Positions 1-12,464 of a stretch of 64,000 bases of DNA are shown here, piece after piece. A program made the position numbers and the translations under genes. Each line of letters opens with the position of its first letter. The stretch's first letter is position 1. The notes under the pieces are model-generated. The model saw nothing but the letters and a program-made list of their open reading frames with translations, did no database searches and was not told the origin of the DNA. Source of the stretch: Octopus sinensis. Lineage: Eukaryota. The DNA is taken from NCBI RefSeq assembly GCF_006345805.1, contig NC_043005.1:35464001-35528000 (forward strand), given 5' to 3'.

Positions 1-269
1 TGTATGTGTGAGCATAGAGTGTGTGTGTGTGTGTGTGTGTGTGTGCTTGTGTGTATAGACGTGTTTTATGTTCGTAAGCGGTCTTATATGGATTCGTTTA
101 TTTGACATATGCCCTCCTAAACATGTCCCAGCTGGTCTCAAAGATTGTTCTGAAACAATAAAAGGTTCGGAGAGAACAATTCCTCACTAAACGGCAACAT
201 ACGACGACCATTATAAGAAATACAAACAGAACAACAACATCACCGAAACAGGCGTCTATACCCTCACTA

Positions 270-299
270 GTAACAATAACAACGATAATAATAATAATG

Positions 300-386
<87 letters not shown>

Positions 387-456
387 GTAATAATAATAAC
401 AGTAATAATAATAAAATAATAATAATATTAACAACGATGATGATGATGATGATGAT

Positions 457-495
<39 letters not shown>
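270..495. repeat. (AAT)n/(GAT)n compound microsatellite
   Basis: Directly visible trinucleotide runs. Confidence 0.95.
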
Positions 496-496
<1 letters not shown>

Positions 497-824
497 CATT
501 TATTTGCCGTCAGGGTTAAGGATGAGAGAGACACTACAAAGACAGACATAAAGCGTTCGTGTTTACATATCGTCGTCGTCGGCTTTTATCTCGCATCCGA
601 CAATTTATTTGCTTCTTTGCTGAACGCTTCCTTTATGGTGATGCCGTTGATGACTCTATAGAAGAATTCTTGCATAGAAGAGTCGATGGCATTGACTGCA
701 TTGCTGGCAATGTTGGTGGAGGACGAAGTTGATTTTGTCGAATCTTTCACTCCTGTCATTTCATTTCTTCTTTTTCCTCTTTTGGTGGCCTCGAAACTTT
801 TGGTTCCGATGATGATGGGACACC

Positions 825-1085
825 GCCACAAAGTTCAAGAAAAAGCCATCAGTCAAAGTATCGAATCGCTGATCATGAAACACCGTCTTCGATGGTCAGG
901 ACATGCAACAAGAATGGAAGAGCCAAGATTCTCATGCCACGTCTTATTCAGTGAGCTCTCTTCAGGAAAACGATCACGGGGTTGCCCTCTTCGAAGATAC
1001 AAGGAAACTAAAAACTCAAAGCAAACTAAAAGCTACTGGAATTGAGCCTAAATCGTTTGAAACACGAGCCCAAGACCGTATCAAG
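825..1085 (+). mobile_element. RTE-clade LINE fragment (post-RT C-terminal region), decayed
   Basis: Translation SIESLIMKHRLRWSGHATRMEEPR...LFSELSSGKRSRGCPLRRYK matches the RTE/BovB LRWxGHVxRM...G.R..G.P..RYKD motif; frameshifted afterwards. Confidence 0.85.
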
Positions 1086-1624
1086 TTTGCATATAATGAA
1101 ATAATAATATACATATAAAGTATGTACTATAGGGAAGTGTACATAGTATACAACAGTAAAAGGGGAAAATGGCTGATAGTGATGTTGTCCTCCTGATACA
1201 GGAGGACTTCTAGAGATAATCGAAGAACCCTATCGACCAAGATCTCCCTGAGCTCCAAGGGCAAGTGATCTACAAAACTAATATCTATGTGTGGACTATA
1301 TTCATTTGGATTCTAGAATCTGTCTAGTTGACGATAACTGACTGACTATCAAGATAACATTTACAGTGTTCCTATACCTGACTATATGGCTCTGTTGCAG
1401 AAGTCTTTCTCTTTAGGCATCAACGGTTTTCATCTATACAACGAGTACCTGTAGACTGCTTTCATCTTTTACAAGAAGCCCATTAAGTTTCATGACCAGC
1501 CTGTTCTCTCGTCTTCTAAACTGCTGCCGAAATTTCGAGAAAACAGGATCTGGATCATTTGCTTTTGCATTTGGTTAGCAAGATTCTTCATGTGAACACA
1601 AGTATTGAAACAGATTTTGTTGTA

Positions 1625-1865
1625 TTGCGAGATCGTGGGTTCGATTCCCAGACTGGGCATTGTGTTGTGTTCTTCAGCAAAACACTTCATTTTTCACGTT
1701 GCTCAGCGATCATTTCACCATCTGACATGTGGCACGTCGTGCACCTGTACAGGTGATGTTAATTTGATGGAGAGAGAGAGCTTATGTGAAAAAAATATTT
1801 GATCACTGTGCGATTGTTCGGCAAGAAAGTACAGAACTCTCATACGTCCTCTAACGACGAGTGAG
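1625..1865 (+). mobile_element. tRNA-derived SINE (type C head), degenerate
   Basis: B-box GGTTCGATTCCC followed by tgtgttgtgttcttcagcaaaacacttcat...cacgttgctc, shared with copies at 24.6, 31.7 and 40.7 kb. Confidence 0.7.
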
Positions 1866-1895
1866 TCTGTGTTATGTGTGTGTGAATGTGTGTGT

Positions 1896-1944
<49 letters not shown>

Positions 1945-2454
1945 GGAGGAAGAATAGAGACTTTGAGAGAAAGTGTGTTAATAGTAATTCAGAGAAGATG
2001 GCTATCATTTCAGCTAGTTCATTTAGATTATTAGTAATTGTTTGATATTGACCAACGAGGGATAAAAGAAATATCGGCGTGGATAGGATTGGAACTCGTA
2101 ATGTGGTGGAAATTGTATAAACGCACTAAAATGTATCAGAATTTCTCCCTAGTATATCTGCCTCTGTATCGTATTGCCTTACACAAATAATGTCCGAATA
2201 TCTAATTTCAGGTTTTGTGAATGTAATATTGTTTAGGAATGTTTGTGTGTATGTATATAACCATCGACATATATCTACATGTATCTTTAAACATAATGTT
2301 AAACATAACGGACATTTAACTACACCTGCTAATGTAATGCAAACACATATATAAATACATCTACGTACGCGCGCGCGCACACACACACACACACACGCAT
2401 ACATACACGCTACACCACACACACACACGCATGCACGAGCGCGCAAAACACACT

Positions 2455-2860
2455 TTTACTCTTTTACTTGTTTCATTCATTTGACTGCGGCCATGCTGAA
2501 GCACCACCTTTAGTCAAGCAAATCGACCCTAGGACTTATTCTTTGTAAGTCTATTACTTATTCTATCGGCTTCTTTTGCCAAACCGCTAAGTTACGGGGA
2601 CGTAAACACACCAGCATCGGTTGTCAAGCGATATTGAGGGGACAAATATAGACACACGAACATATACACATACATACATACATACATATATACATATATA
2701 CGACGGGATTCTTTCAGTTTCCGTCTACAAAATCCACTCGCAAGGTTTTGGTCGGCCCGAGGCTATAGTAGAAGATATTTGTCCAAGGTGCCACGCAGCG
2801 GGACTGAACCCGGAACCATGTGGTTGGTAAGCAAGCTACTAACCACACAGCCACTCCTAC
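2455..2860 (-). mobile_element. tRNA-derived SINE family A (octopus-type, internal microsatellite)
   Basis: Reverse complement of head ggagtggctgtgtgg...ggttccgggttcagtccc; body near-identical to 6655-7054 and 37011-37409. Confidence 0.9.
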
Positions 2861-2929
2861 GGTTTACTCAGCACATCTAAATTAATTAATTACGTATTTT
2901 AATATATCAATTATGTAATTATATGAATA

Positions 2930-2960
2930 ACTAGACTACCGGTGACCTGTTGGGTCACCA
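2930..2960 (-). mobile_element. Helitron-like 3' terminus
   Basis: Hairpin GGTGACC..GGTCACC followed on the minus strand by CTAG|T. Confidence 0.5.
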
Positions 2961-3103
2961 ATAATTCAAATACCGGAAAAGTCTGAGTTTGCCATTAACG
3001 GAGTTTTGTTTCGTGGTTTTTCTTCTTTTCCAGGTTATTTCGCATGCTTTCAATAAGTATGATATCGAAATCATGTGTAAACGGTTCCTTTCCCCGCAAA
3101 AGG

Positions 3104-3195
3104 AAAGATTTGACTGCTATTTCTTGCACGCCCTGCTACCACGTAACAGCTGTTACATGGTAGCAGGGCGTGCTAGAAATAGCAGCCAAATCTTT
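3104..3195. repeat. 92-bp near-perfect palindrome (hairpin MITE-like)
   Basis: 46-bp arms with 3 mismatches, no spacer, centred on CAGCTG. Confidence 0.9.
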
Positions 3196-3603
3196 GGAGA
3201 TTAGATACGTTGAATGCACTTGAAAGAAAAAAACTATTTCACACCAAGGTTACGAACGGGTCCTTTACGAAATATTTACCGTATTTTTAAAGTCATTTTC
3301 CCTAGTCTTTCGAGTCGGTGATTGTGCCATGTGTTTCCAGGTTCAAATCCCCATTTCTGGCACAGCTTCCAGTGTAAAACTCTTACAACCTCGTCGTGCC
3401 TCCATTTCTTATATTTTCTTGTGTTGTATTACATGAAGATATTTCGCTACTACCTCTGCCACTTCCCCACCACAAGCTTTCAGTCATACTTTAACATCTC
3501 TTATACTTCATTCGCCCTAGGACGCTGGGTGCGTCTCGGCAAGTGACTGTAACAAACATGCAGATTACAAGTGAATAATAATAATAATGATAATAATAAT
3601 AAT

Positions 3604-4146
3604 CCAGACAGTGGCTCTCATGGCTTCTGATCTTAACTGATTGGAAGTGTTATCATATACATTGTTTTGTCTTGGTATAAAAGATGGGCAACAACAAATA
3701 TTCTGCTCAATACCACAGAGTTGCTTGTCAGTTGTTTGACCATAACCAGTTGACCGTGTCCCTTAGTGGCTGACGATATGTGCATCTCTAACCACAAGCA
3801 GAAGTAGTGGGGGAGCAACATAGCCGTGTGTTGAAAGGAATTTCTGGAGGTTTGAATAATTCGTCTTTGGAAACATGGGTGGTTTGTTCAACATCCTTAA
3901 ACAATGCTTATTCAGGGACATTTTGAGTTGGATGGGCTACTCAACCAGAAGAAAATTTTAACTGGGCCCCACTTCCAAGGTCATGCTCTGTTTATCTTGA
4001 TATGAGATCACCTCGTCACGCACATATGGTTGAGATGCATGTGCCTGGTGTACCCTTATCAGACACGGTAGTCATGATGTGTATACTTGACTTCGTATAT
4101 TTTACACCAGTGCCACTTTGATGACATGCACTGCTCCCTCACTCAA
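3604..4146 (+). mobile_element. Non-LTR retroelement 3' UTR fragment inserted in (AAT)n
   Basis: Flanked by (AAT)n on both sides; its 3' end (catgcactgctc.ctcactc+AAT) recurs at 4513-4580 and an internal part recurs at 54320-54490. Confidence 0.65.
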
Positions 4147-4159
4147 TAATAATAATAAT

Positions 4160-4362
4160 CCTTTCTACAATAGGCACAAAACCTGAAACTTTGGGAGAAG
4201 AGACCAGTCGATTACATCGACTCCAGTGCATAACTGGTACTTAATTTATCGAGCCCGAAAGATGAAAGGCTAAGTCGTCCACGGCAGCATTTGAACTCAG
4301 AAAAGACAAGACGAAATACTGCTAAGCATTTTACCCGGCTTGCTAAAGATTCTGCCAGCTCA
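4160..4362 (-). mobile_element. SINE family B (MetaSINE-like)
   Basis: Reverse complement of gcctttcatc(c)tttcggg.tcgataaattaagtaccag, resembling the Meta central domain; (ATT)n tail. Confidence 0.8.
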
Positions 4363-4401
4363 ATAATAATAATAATAATGATGATGATAATAATAATAAT
4401 A

Positions 4402-4446
<45 letters not shown>

Positions 4447-4609
4447 TGATGATGATGATGATATGATGATGATGATATGATGATGATGATGATAATAATA
4501 ATATAATATAATAGGGTATATTGGGCTTCGTATATTTTACCCCAGTGTCACTTTGATGGCATGCACTGCTCTCTCACTCAATAATAATAATAATATAATA
4601 ATAATAATA

Positions 4610-4643
<34 letters not shown>

Positions 4644-4646
4644 CGA

Positions 4647-4679
<33 letters not shown>

Positions 4680-4746
4680 TGATGATGATGAGGATGATGA
4701 TGATGATGATGATGATGATAATAATAATAATAATAATAATAATAAT
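4362..4746. repeat. (AAT)/(GAT)/(GAC) compound microsatellite with a truncated retroelement tail at 4513-4580
   Basis: Directly visible. Confidence 0.9.
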
Positions 4747-4880
4747 AGACAAGACGAAGAGCGCGATGCGATTGCACTACATATTTTATTAGTTGGTCAA
4801 TATTTCGACAGAAATAAAAGAATAAAAGAATACCAGGAAAAACTTCCGTACCACTAAACCAAGAAGGTTCTCTGAATATG

Positions 4881-5071
4881 TACGTTTGCGTAACTGAGAT
4901 ATGTTGGTTGGATAATATCGTTATCAGTTTTACAATTCTTTCTATATTCTGTGTCACAATATAGAAACATTTCTCATGGCACCAGCACAAAGTTTACGGA
5001 CGCTTACATTTTAAAAATATTTTCCGTGAAGTTTTCACGGGTCCAGCTAGTTATTATTATTATTGTTGTTA

Positions 5072-5163
<92 letters not shown>

Positions 5164-5538
5164 TAGTGGTCGGCTGGTTTTCTACGACGAAGTTTGTGCT
5201 TTAAGCATTGTACTTCGTTATCTATCACCTTCCAGACTAAAGAGTGAAGACATAATATATTTCAGCTGGCGAACACCAACCAACCTGATACGTGTTGCCA
5301 CGCAGGAACACCTTTATGGTAACAATATGTTCATGTTTATTATTATTATGGTTTGTTATCTGCTTGCTTGGTTTCGTTTAGACAACTTAACACCAATTTG
5401 CTGATTAATGGTCTTTAATTGCACGCCACTTCCATCTCCATCCCACCGCAGCATACATACATACATACATACATACATACATACAGACAGACAGACATAT
5501 ACTAGCGTACGTACACACACGTATATAAATGCATTTAG

Positions 5539-5545
<7 letters not shown>
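4881..5545 (+). repeat. Arm 1 of a long-range inverted duplication; includes a Helitron-like 3' end at 5024-5050
   Basis: Reverse-complement match to 15165-16035; hairpin CCGTGAA-gtt-TTCACGG then CTAG|T. Confidence 0.9.
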
Positions 5546-5593
<48 letters not shown>

Positions 5594-5661
5594 CCTATCT
5601 ATAAACGTATGTATATCTCTCTATATACATATATATACATGCACACACACACACACACACA

Positions 5662-5696
<35 letters not shown>

Positions 5697-6258
5697 TAGA
5701 TGACGTATCCGGTAATTCCCGGGAAAGCGGGTCTTATCCCAAGAATTGTTCTGAATAGCATTTCAACCTGTAATATAAATCTGGAACTAAATTTACAATT
5801 ATTTGTTTTCTTATTCTCCTCCTCTCTTTTACACAGAACATGAACTATGTTCCGTAATTACTTCATTGTATATCTTTCCCTATTCTTCTTTCTCCTTCTC
5901 CAGTGTAATGCAGTGTTAATACGCTATAGGTTCTTGATTACCTCGCTCTGATGAGATCTAGCTAGATCAAAATAGTAGCTATATAAGATTGTTAATTCTT
6001 TGATGTAAAAAAATAAAACAAAGAAAGGAAATTTACCTAAATAAACGCATGAAGATAATATACATTTGTTTTTCATTTCACAAACAGAAAAATAATTGAA
6101 TAGAATATGGTTTCCCGACAAGATGACTTTCTCTTTTACCATGCAGAACTGCCAATTAGCTACACTGCGACATTGTGTGTGTGTGTGTGTGTGGATGGGT
6201 GGATATGCGCGGGTGTGCATGTGTAGTGAGAGATATATAGATAGATAGATAGATAGAT

Positions 6259-6295
<37 letters not shown>

Positions 6296-6617
6296 GAGAG
6301 CGATGGAATCGTGCAGAGATTTAGTGACATAATGTTCCTCGCTGCAAGTAATATGGTAAAAGACAACAGCGACGACGTCGACGATGACGACGACGATGAT
6401 GATGACGATGACGACGACGACGATGATGATAATTTCATAGTCGCTCACTTTCACCCAGATGACTTTCATCCTAACCTTTACTTTTGGGCCAGGATGTTAT
6501 GACTCAACCGATTCTATTTAAATTCATACGCGTGTTGGCGTGTGTATATATTGTGTATATTGTGTATGTATAGATGACTAATATATATATAGATAAACAT
6601 ATGCACACACACTCATA

Positions 6618-6652
<35 letters not shown>

Positions 6653-6654
6653 TT

Positions 6655-7054
6655 TTTTTTTTTACTTGTTTCAGTCATTTGACTGTGGCCATGCTGGAGC
6701 ACCGCCTTTAGTCGAGCAAATCAACCCCGGGACTTATTCTTTGTAAGCCCAGTACTTATTCTATCGGTCTCTTTTTGCCGAACCGCTAAGTGACGGGGAC
6801 GTAAACACACCAGCATCGGTTGTCAAGCAATGCTAGGGGGACAAACACAGGCACACAAATACACACACATACATATATACATACATATATACGACAGGCT
6901 TCTTTCAGTTTCCGTCTACCAAATCCACTCACAAGGCATTGGTCGGCCCGGAGCTATAGCAGAAGACACTTGCCCAAGATGCTACGCAGTGGGACTGAAC
7001 CCGGAACCATGTGGTTGGTTAGCAAGCTACTTACCACACAGCCACTCCTGCGCC
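6655..7054 (-). mobile_element. SINE family A, near full length
   Basis: Complete tRNA-like head (A and B boxes) on the minus strand; near-identical to 37011-37409. Confidence 0.92.
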
Positions 7055-7229
7055 TATATATATATATATATGCAATTTTGTTGTTGAAAATGCACCTAAA
7101 TTTGAAAAACTTGTAATTGTCTAAATTAAATTTATTTACATATATACCAAACGAGTTTCAACAATATTTTTTGTTTATCAATTTAGATTTATGAATTAGA
7201 AAAAGAACTTCAAAAGTTTTAATGCTCGT

Positions 7230-8446
7230 CACTTTCAGGATTTCTCTTGAACCACTTCCGGTTATTGCAAGAAAAGGAACTTGTACATGTCACATTGTAA
7301 ATTGCAGTTTTACACTAGTATTCGTTTGTCTTTTACAGTTGCTGAAGTGGACCAAGGTGCTATAATGGAAGCAGTTAAATGCAGATCAGTGATCAGGTTC
7401 TTATACTCGTACACCAAAAGATACTTTGAATGAAATAAAAGAAGTTTACGGTGACGATGCAAGTAGTCAAATGTGGTCGGAAATCGGCGGGTACTGCTTC
7501 TATTCCTGGACGACCACATTCCGCCAATGATGACCACACCATCCATAAAGTGGAAGCTGCCATTTTCGAGGATCGCCGCATAGCTATTCAGCAGCCACCT
7601 CAAGAAGGGAAAACAAGTGTGGGGTCCGTGGAAAAAAATCATTCACAACCATTTGCACATGCGGAAGTTGTCTACGTGATGGATTCCCCAGATGCCCACA
7701 CCTTTCCAGAAGCAGAAACAAGTCAATTGCTCCCAGGCTCATTTGGCAATGTGCCAAGAAAACAAGGAGGACATTTTCGGCAGACTTATCACACGGGATG
7801 AAGCATGGATCCATCACTATGATCCTAAGACTAAAGTCCAGTCGAGGCAATGGAAGCATGATAACTCACCACCTCCAAAGAAGGCTCGTGTCCAATCCTC
7901 AGCAGACAAGGTGATGCTTACAGTTTTGGGGGACCAGCGCGGAGTAGTGATAATGGATTTTCTGGCAAAGGGCACCACAATTAACGGGGTATATTATGAT
8001 TCTCTGCTGTAGAAATTGCGGGGCACCATCAAAGTAGAGAGGTGTGGTATGCTGACCAAATGAAGTCCGCCTCCTCCAAGACAACGCTCTTGTTCACAGT
8101 GTGCATGTTGCCAAGATAAAAGCACACAACTGCGGTTTTGAATTTCTTCCCCCTTACTCTCCCGATCACGCACCATTTGACTTACACCTTTTTCCAATCA
8201 TGAAGTGTTTTTTGAAAGGAAGCCCTTTTCGGATGACGATGAACTTATTTCCGAGATGAAGTCTTGGCTCCAGACGCAATCTACCGACTCCTGCAGACGA
8301 TATTTTCACAGTTGCATAAAGCGATGGGAGAAGTGTGTCACCATTGGTGGTATAATGTAGAGAAGGGGACTAATGATTCTGCCAAGTTTCGTCTATCCCA
8401 ACCCTTGGGACATGGCTCAGGGGAAATGTTTAATGAACACCCCTCG
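7230..8446 (+). mobile_element. Mariner transposon, near full length, pseudogenised
   Basis: ITRDEAWIHHYDP and KVMLTV motifs; right TIR ...atgtttaatgaacacccctcg|TA; multiple frameshifts. Confidence 0.9.
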
Positions 8447-8620
8447 TAAAATTGTGATGAACCATAAACTCGGAAGCTGCAATAAGAATATTTGGAGTTA
8501 TTAACTAATCTGTACAATCTTGTTAGCCTGATGTGCCAACAGAGAACTTATGAAGTATTTTGCCTGTATTGATAATCTCTCACTATTAGCTCTGTTTTAT
8601 CTATGTATATGTATATACAC

Positions 8621-8656
<36 letters not shown>

Positions 8657-9090
8657 GAGTGCGTGTGCGTGTGTATAAACATATATACACATATATAACA
8701 TATATAATACACGCACATATATGCAGCTATGTGAGTGAGTGTGTGTGTGTGTGTGTGGTGTGTGTGTGAATAAAGATATTGATATTTATATACGGATGTA
8801 TACAAAAGTATAAAGATATATATATGTCTGTAATATATATATACATGTATATATGTGTCTATATAAATGCATGTCTGTGTCTCTCTTTCTATATGTATAT
8901 TGTATGTGCGTGTGTGTATGCGTGTGTGTGCGTGCGTGTGTCTGCGCGCATATTTACATCTATATAAAACCCAACCAACGTGGATATTTTGTTTGAAGTG
9001 AATCTTATAGTGCATCCATTTAAGCCTTTCTTGTCATCGTGGGAGGGCTTCATCGCTGGTGTTAATTCTTTATTATTATAATTATTATTA

Positions 9091-9133
<43 letters not shown>

Positions 9134-9429
9134 GTTTACTATTACTGTTTTACAACGCCTATCCCTTTTTTATCCACTTCCCTTCACTATCCGTAAATAT
9201 ATGTGAGTGTCTGTTTAGATGTGTTTATTATCAAAATATATAACTATTAATAGATCTTCGTATTAATTGCGCTCTCTGAAACCTGAAGACAATCATCTAG
9301 AATATCTTTTTTCTAAGACCTTCGATAGATCTGACGTGCTGCGTGAGAGGTTTAATTTCAAAATCAACAATAACAACAACAACAACGTTAATAATAATAA
9401 TAATAATAATAATGCTGCTGCTGATGATG

Positions 9430-9490
<61 letters not shown>

Positions 9491-9519
9491 CAACAATGAT
9501 GATGATGATGATGATGATG

Positions 9520-9730
9520 ATTTCAAAGTTTGACACAAAGCCAGAAATTTCGAGGAAGGGGTTAAGTAGATTACATCGACCCCCAGTGCACAGCTGGTAC
9601 TTGATTTATCGGCCCCAAAAGGAAAAAAGACAAAGTCGACCTCGCCAGAATTTGAACTCAGAACATAAAGACGGTCGAAATGCCGCTAAACATTTTACCC
9701 AGATTGCTTACGTTTCTGCCACTCGCCACC

Positions 9731-9732
<2 letters not shown>
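9520..9732 (-). mobile_element. SINE family B (MetaSINE-like)
   Basis: Same head and central domain as 35815-36043. Confidence 0.8.
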
Positions 9733-9772
<40 letters not shown>

Positions 9773-9785
9773 TAATATAGTAGAA

Positions 9786-9822
<37 letters not shown>

Positions 9823-9838
9823 TATAATAATAATAATA

Positions 9839-9883
<45 letters not shown>

Positions 9884-9948
9884 TAATAATAATAGTAATA
9901 ATAATAATAATAATCATAATAATAATAATAATAATAATATAATAATAT

Positions 9949-10420
9949 TTGACAAGCTCAGAAATATAAGACTTGCTCATTGAAATTGAGAAAATGTGGC
10001 ATCCCAAGGCGGTTACAATACCAGTGATCGTAGGAGCACTAGGAATGATCAAGAAGGGAACCGAAAATTATATGAGAATGATCCCTGGCTTACCATCCCT
10101 GCAAGAAGTGCAGGGATGGTAAGCCAGGGATCATTCTCATATAATTTAATATAATTCTCATATAATTGCAAGAAGTGCAAAAGATTGTCTTAACTGGTAC
10201 ATCACACGTATTGAGAAGAGCATTGTCGATGTGAGAACTATTACTACCCATGTATTTTAATTTAACTTTATTCCTATCAAAAAAAAAAAAAATTGAACGA
10301 ACTAGTGAGTTTAGTTTAATGGCCTACCAATGTATACAATGAGTTTCTTTGCCCTAGGAGTCGGGAAGGCACCCGGCAAGAAATGGAAGCAAATTTGAAA
10401 GAAGAAGGAAAACCCATAAA
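9949..10420 (+). mobile_element. R4/Dong-clade LINE 3' end (REL endonuclease C-terminus plus 3' UTR) in (TAA)n
   Basis: KYKDLLIEIEKMWHPKAVTIPVIVGALGMI...LQEVQKIVLTGTSHVLRRALSM*; both flanks (AAT)n, as known for Dong. Confidence 0.85.
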
Positions 10421-10579
10421 TAATAATAATAATAATGATAATAATAATAATAATAATAATAATGATAATAATAATGATGATGATGATGATGATGATAATA
10501 ATAATATATAGAATAAGAGATAGAGATTATGATGTGATGTTGGAAGAATTGAAACAAAGTGTAGTAGCAATCAAAGCAA

Positions 10580-11016
10580 AACTGGAAAATAGTTATGCGG
10601 TGATCCTACAAAATAGCAGCTTCCACTGTATAGATGGTGTCGTCATCCATTGCGGAATGTAGTGGGCCAGGAATAGGAACAATTTCCACCAATGACCGAC
10701 CACATTTGAACTGGCGATGCCAGTGTTTGACTACGTCGTATGATGGTGCATCGTCACCATAGACTTCTTTCATCTCATTCGAAGCCTCTTTTGGTGTACG
10801 ACATTTCAAGTATAAGAACCTGATCACCGATCTGCATTCAACTGCCTCCATTATAACACTTTAGTCTACTTCAGCAGCTGTAACAAGACAAATACTAGTG
10901 AAAAGCTACAATTTACGAAGTGACATGGATAGACATGCATGATTACACCTGTACAAGTTCCGTTTCCTGCACTAATCAGAAGTGTGTCAGAGGAAATCTT
11001 TAATGAAAACTCCACG
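10580..11016 (-). mobile_element. Mariner 5' fragment, same family as 7230-8446
   Basis: MEAVECRSVIRFLYLK...EVYGDDAPSYDVVKHWHRQFKCG HTH; TIR TA|cgtggagttttcattaaagatttcctctga. Confidence 0.9.
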
Positions 11017-11036
11017 TATATTGTCTCACACACACA

Positions 11037-11079
<43 letters not shown>

Positions 11080-11139
11080 ACACAGACACACACACACACA
11101 CACACACACAACACACACACACACACATAGATGTATGTA

Positions 11140-11632
11140 TCTATAAATATATTAAACGGAGAATGTGTGAATCTGTCTGCTTGTCTGTCTGTGTGTGTAT
11201 ATATGTGCATCACTTAAACTGAAAAACTACCCAACCGATTTCATTCAAATTTCACGCATGACTTGCTTAGAGGTCATGCAGCGTCATGGGTCAAAAATAT
11301 TTTCAACTTCTTGCCTAATCCGCGCCCGGAGCAATCTTTTATCTCTTACTCTATTTCAGAATTACGTGTCAAAAGTGAAACGATAACAAGTCTATTGTAA
11401 TATGAGATACATTCAGGTTAATAGTTTCACTATTAATACTGAAACTATTAAAGTAAAACTATTATCTCACATATATACATGCATACATATATGTGAGATA
11501 ATAGTTTCACTTTAAAAGTTTCAGTATTAATAGCGAAACTATTAAACTGAAAGTATCTCGCATTACAATAGAGATGTTATAGTTTCACTTTTGACACATA
11601 ATACTGAAGTAGTGTAAGGGATAAGAGATTGC
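11140..11632 (+). mobile_element. Non-autonomous Helitron 5' part ending in a 300-bp foldback palindrome (11331-11632)
   Basis: A|TCTATAAATAT...tctgtctg start and aaccgatttcattcaaatttcac motif, similar to the element at 25080-25461; roughly 145-bp inverted arms. Confidence 0.7.
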
Positions 11633-11689
11633 ATGATTATATGTGTATATACATCTGCACATATGTATGTATTTATATAAGTGTATATG

Positions 11690-11760
<71 letters not shown>

Positions 11761-11789
11761 TAAGTAATTGAGATTCAAGTGAATTCTAA

Positions 11790-12462
11790 GAATTCACATG
11801 AATATGGTCCTTAACTAGGATGCACCGGAAATCTATATGGTGTTAACCATACGACAAGTGGGGTGATTACAAATAGGAAAAAAGCAACAAGAATGGATTA
11901 AAATCTCGGTACGATCGTTTCGTACGAGAACATCTTTAATAAGCTACAAAAAATGCAGTGAATACAGATGGCTCGTACTCGTCAGCCGAAAAAACATCAG
12001 AGAATTCCCAAACATCAAAAGGGGTAGATACAAAAGAGGTTGTAAGATTAACTGCATTGAAGAAAGTTCGATTCATGGAGATCCGATGAAAGGTTTTAAA
12101 CTTACAGAATTTGTGCATGTCTACGTATAGCTCATATTGAATTTCTAATCAAGTTGTGTGAAGAAATTTTCGGATACAGTCATGCAAAATTTCTGAAAAT
12201 CCGAGTAAGAAGCAAAGTGACTGTCATATGTAGAGGAAAAAGCAAAGTGACTGTCATATCGTGTAGAGGAACAGATTGTTATTGAAATTTACAAGAATCG
12301 CAGATAAGTTCGATTCTTGGAGATCCGATGAAAAGTCTTGAACTTAAAGAATATGTGCATGTCCTTATAGTTCATAATCCAGTTTTGTGAAGAGATTTAG
12401 GGTACAATCATGCGAAAATATCAGGGAATCCGAATGAGAAGCAAAGTGACAGTCTTATACTG
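11790..12462 (-). mobile_element. Penelope-like pLTR/tail with partial tandem duplication
   Basis: 12064-12228 is repeated at 12306-12458; contains a hammerhead motif. Confidence 0.65.
11905..11990 (-). ncRNA. Type I minimal hammerhead ribozyme
   Basis: UUCGG-CUGACGA-GUACGAG(loop)CUCGUAC-GAAA-C GAUC G-UA-CCGAG: full core, 7-bp stem II, palindromic stem III, GUA site, stem I. Confidence 0.85.
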
Positions 12463-12464
12463 TG

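Noticed and set aside
586-831. 81-aa minus-strand ORF as the next exon of the candidate gene
   Set aside because: No convincing splice acceptor or recognisable homology; abuts an RTE fragment
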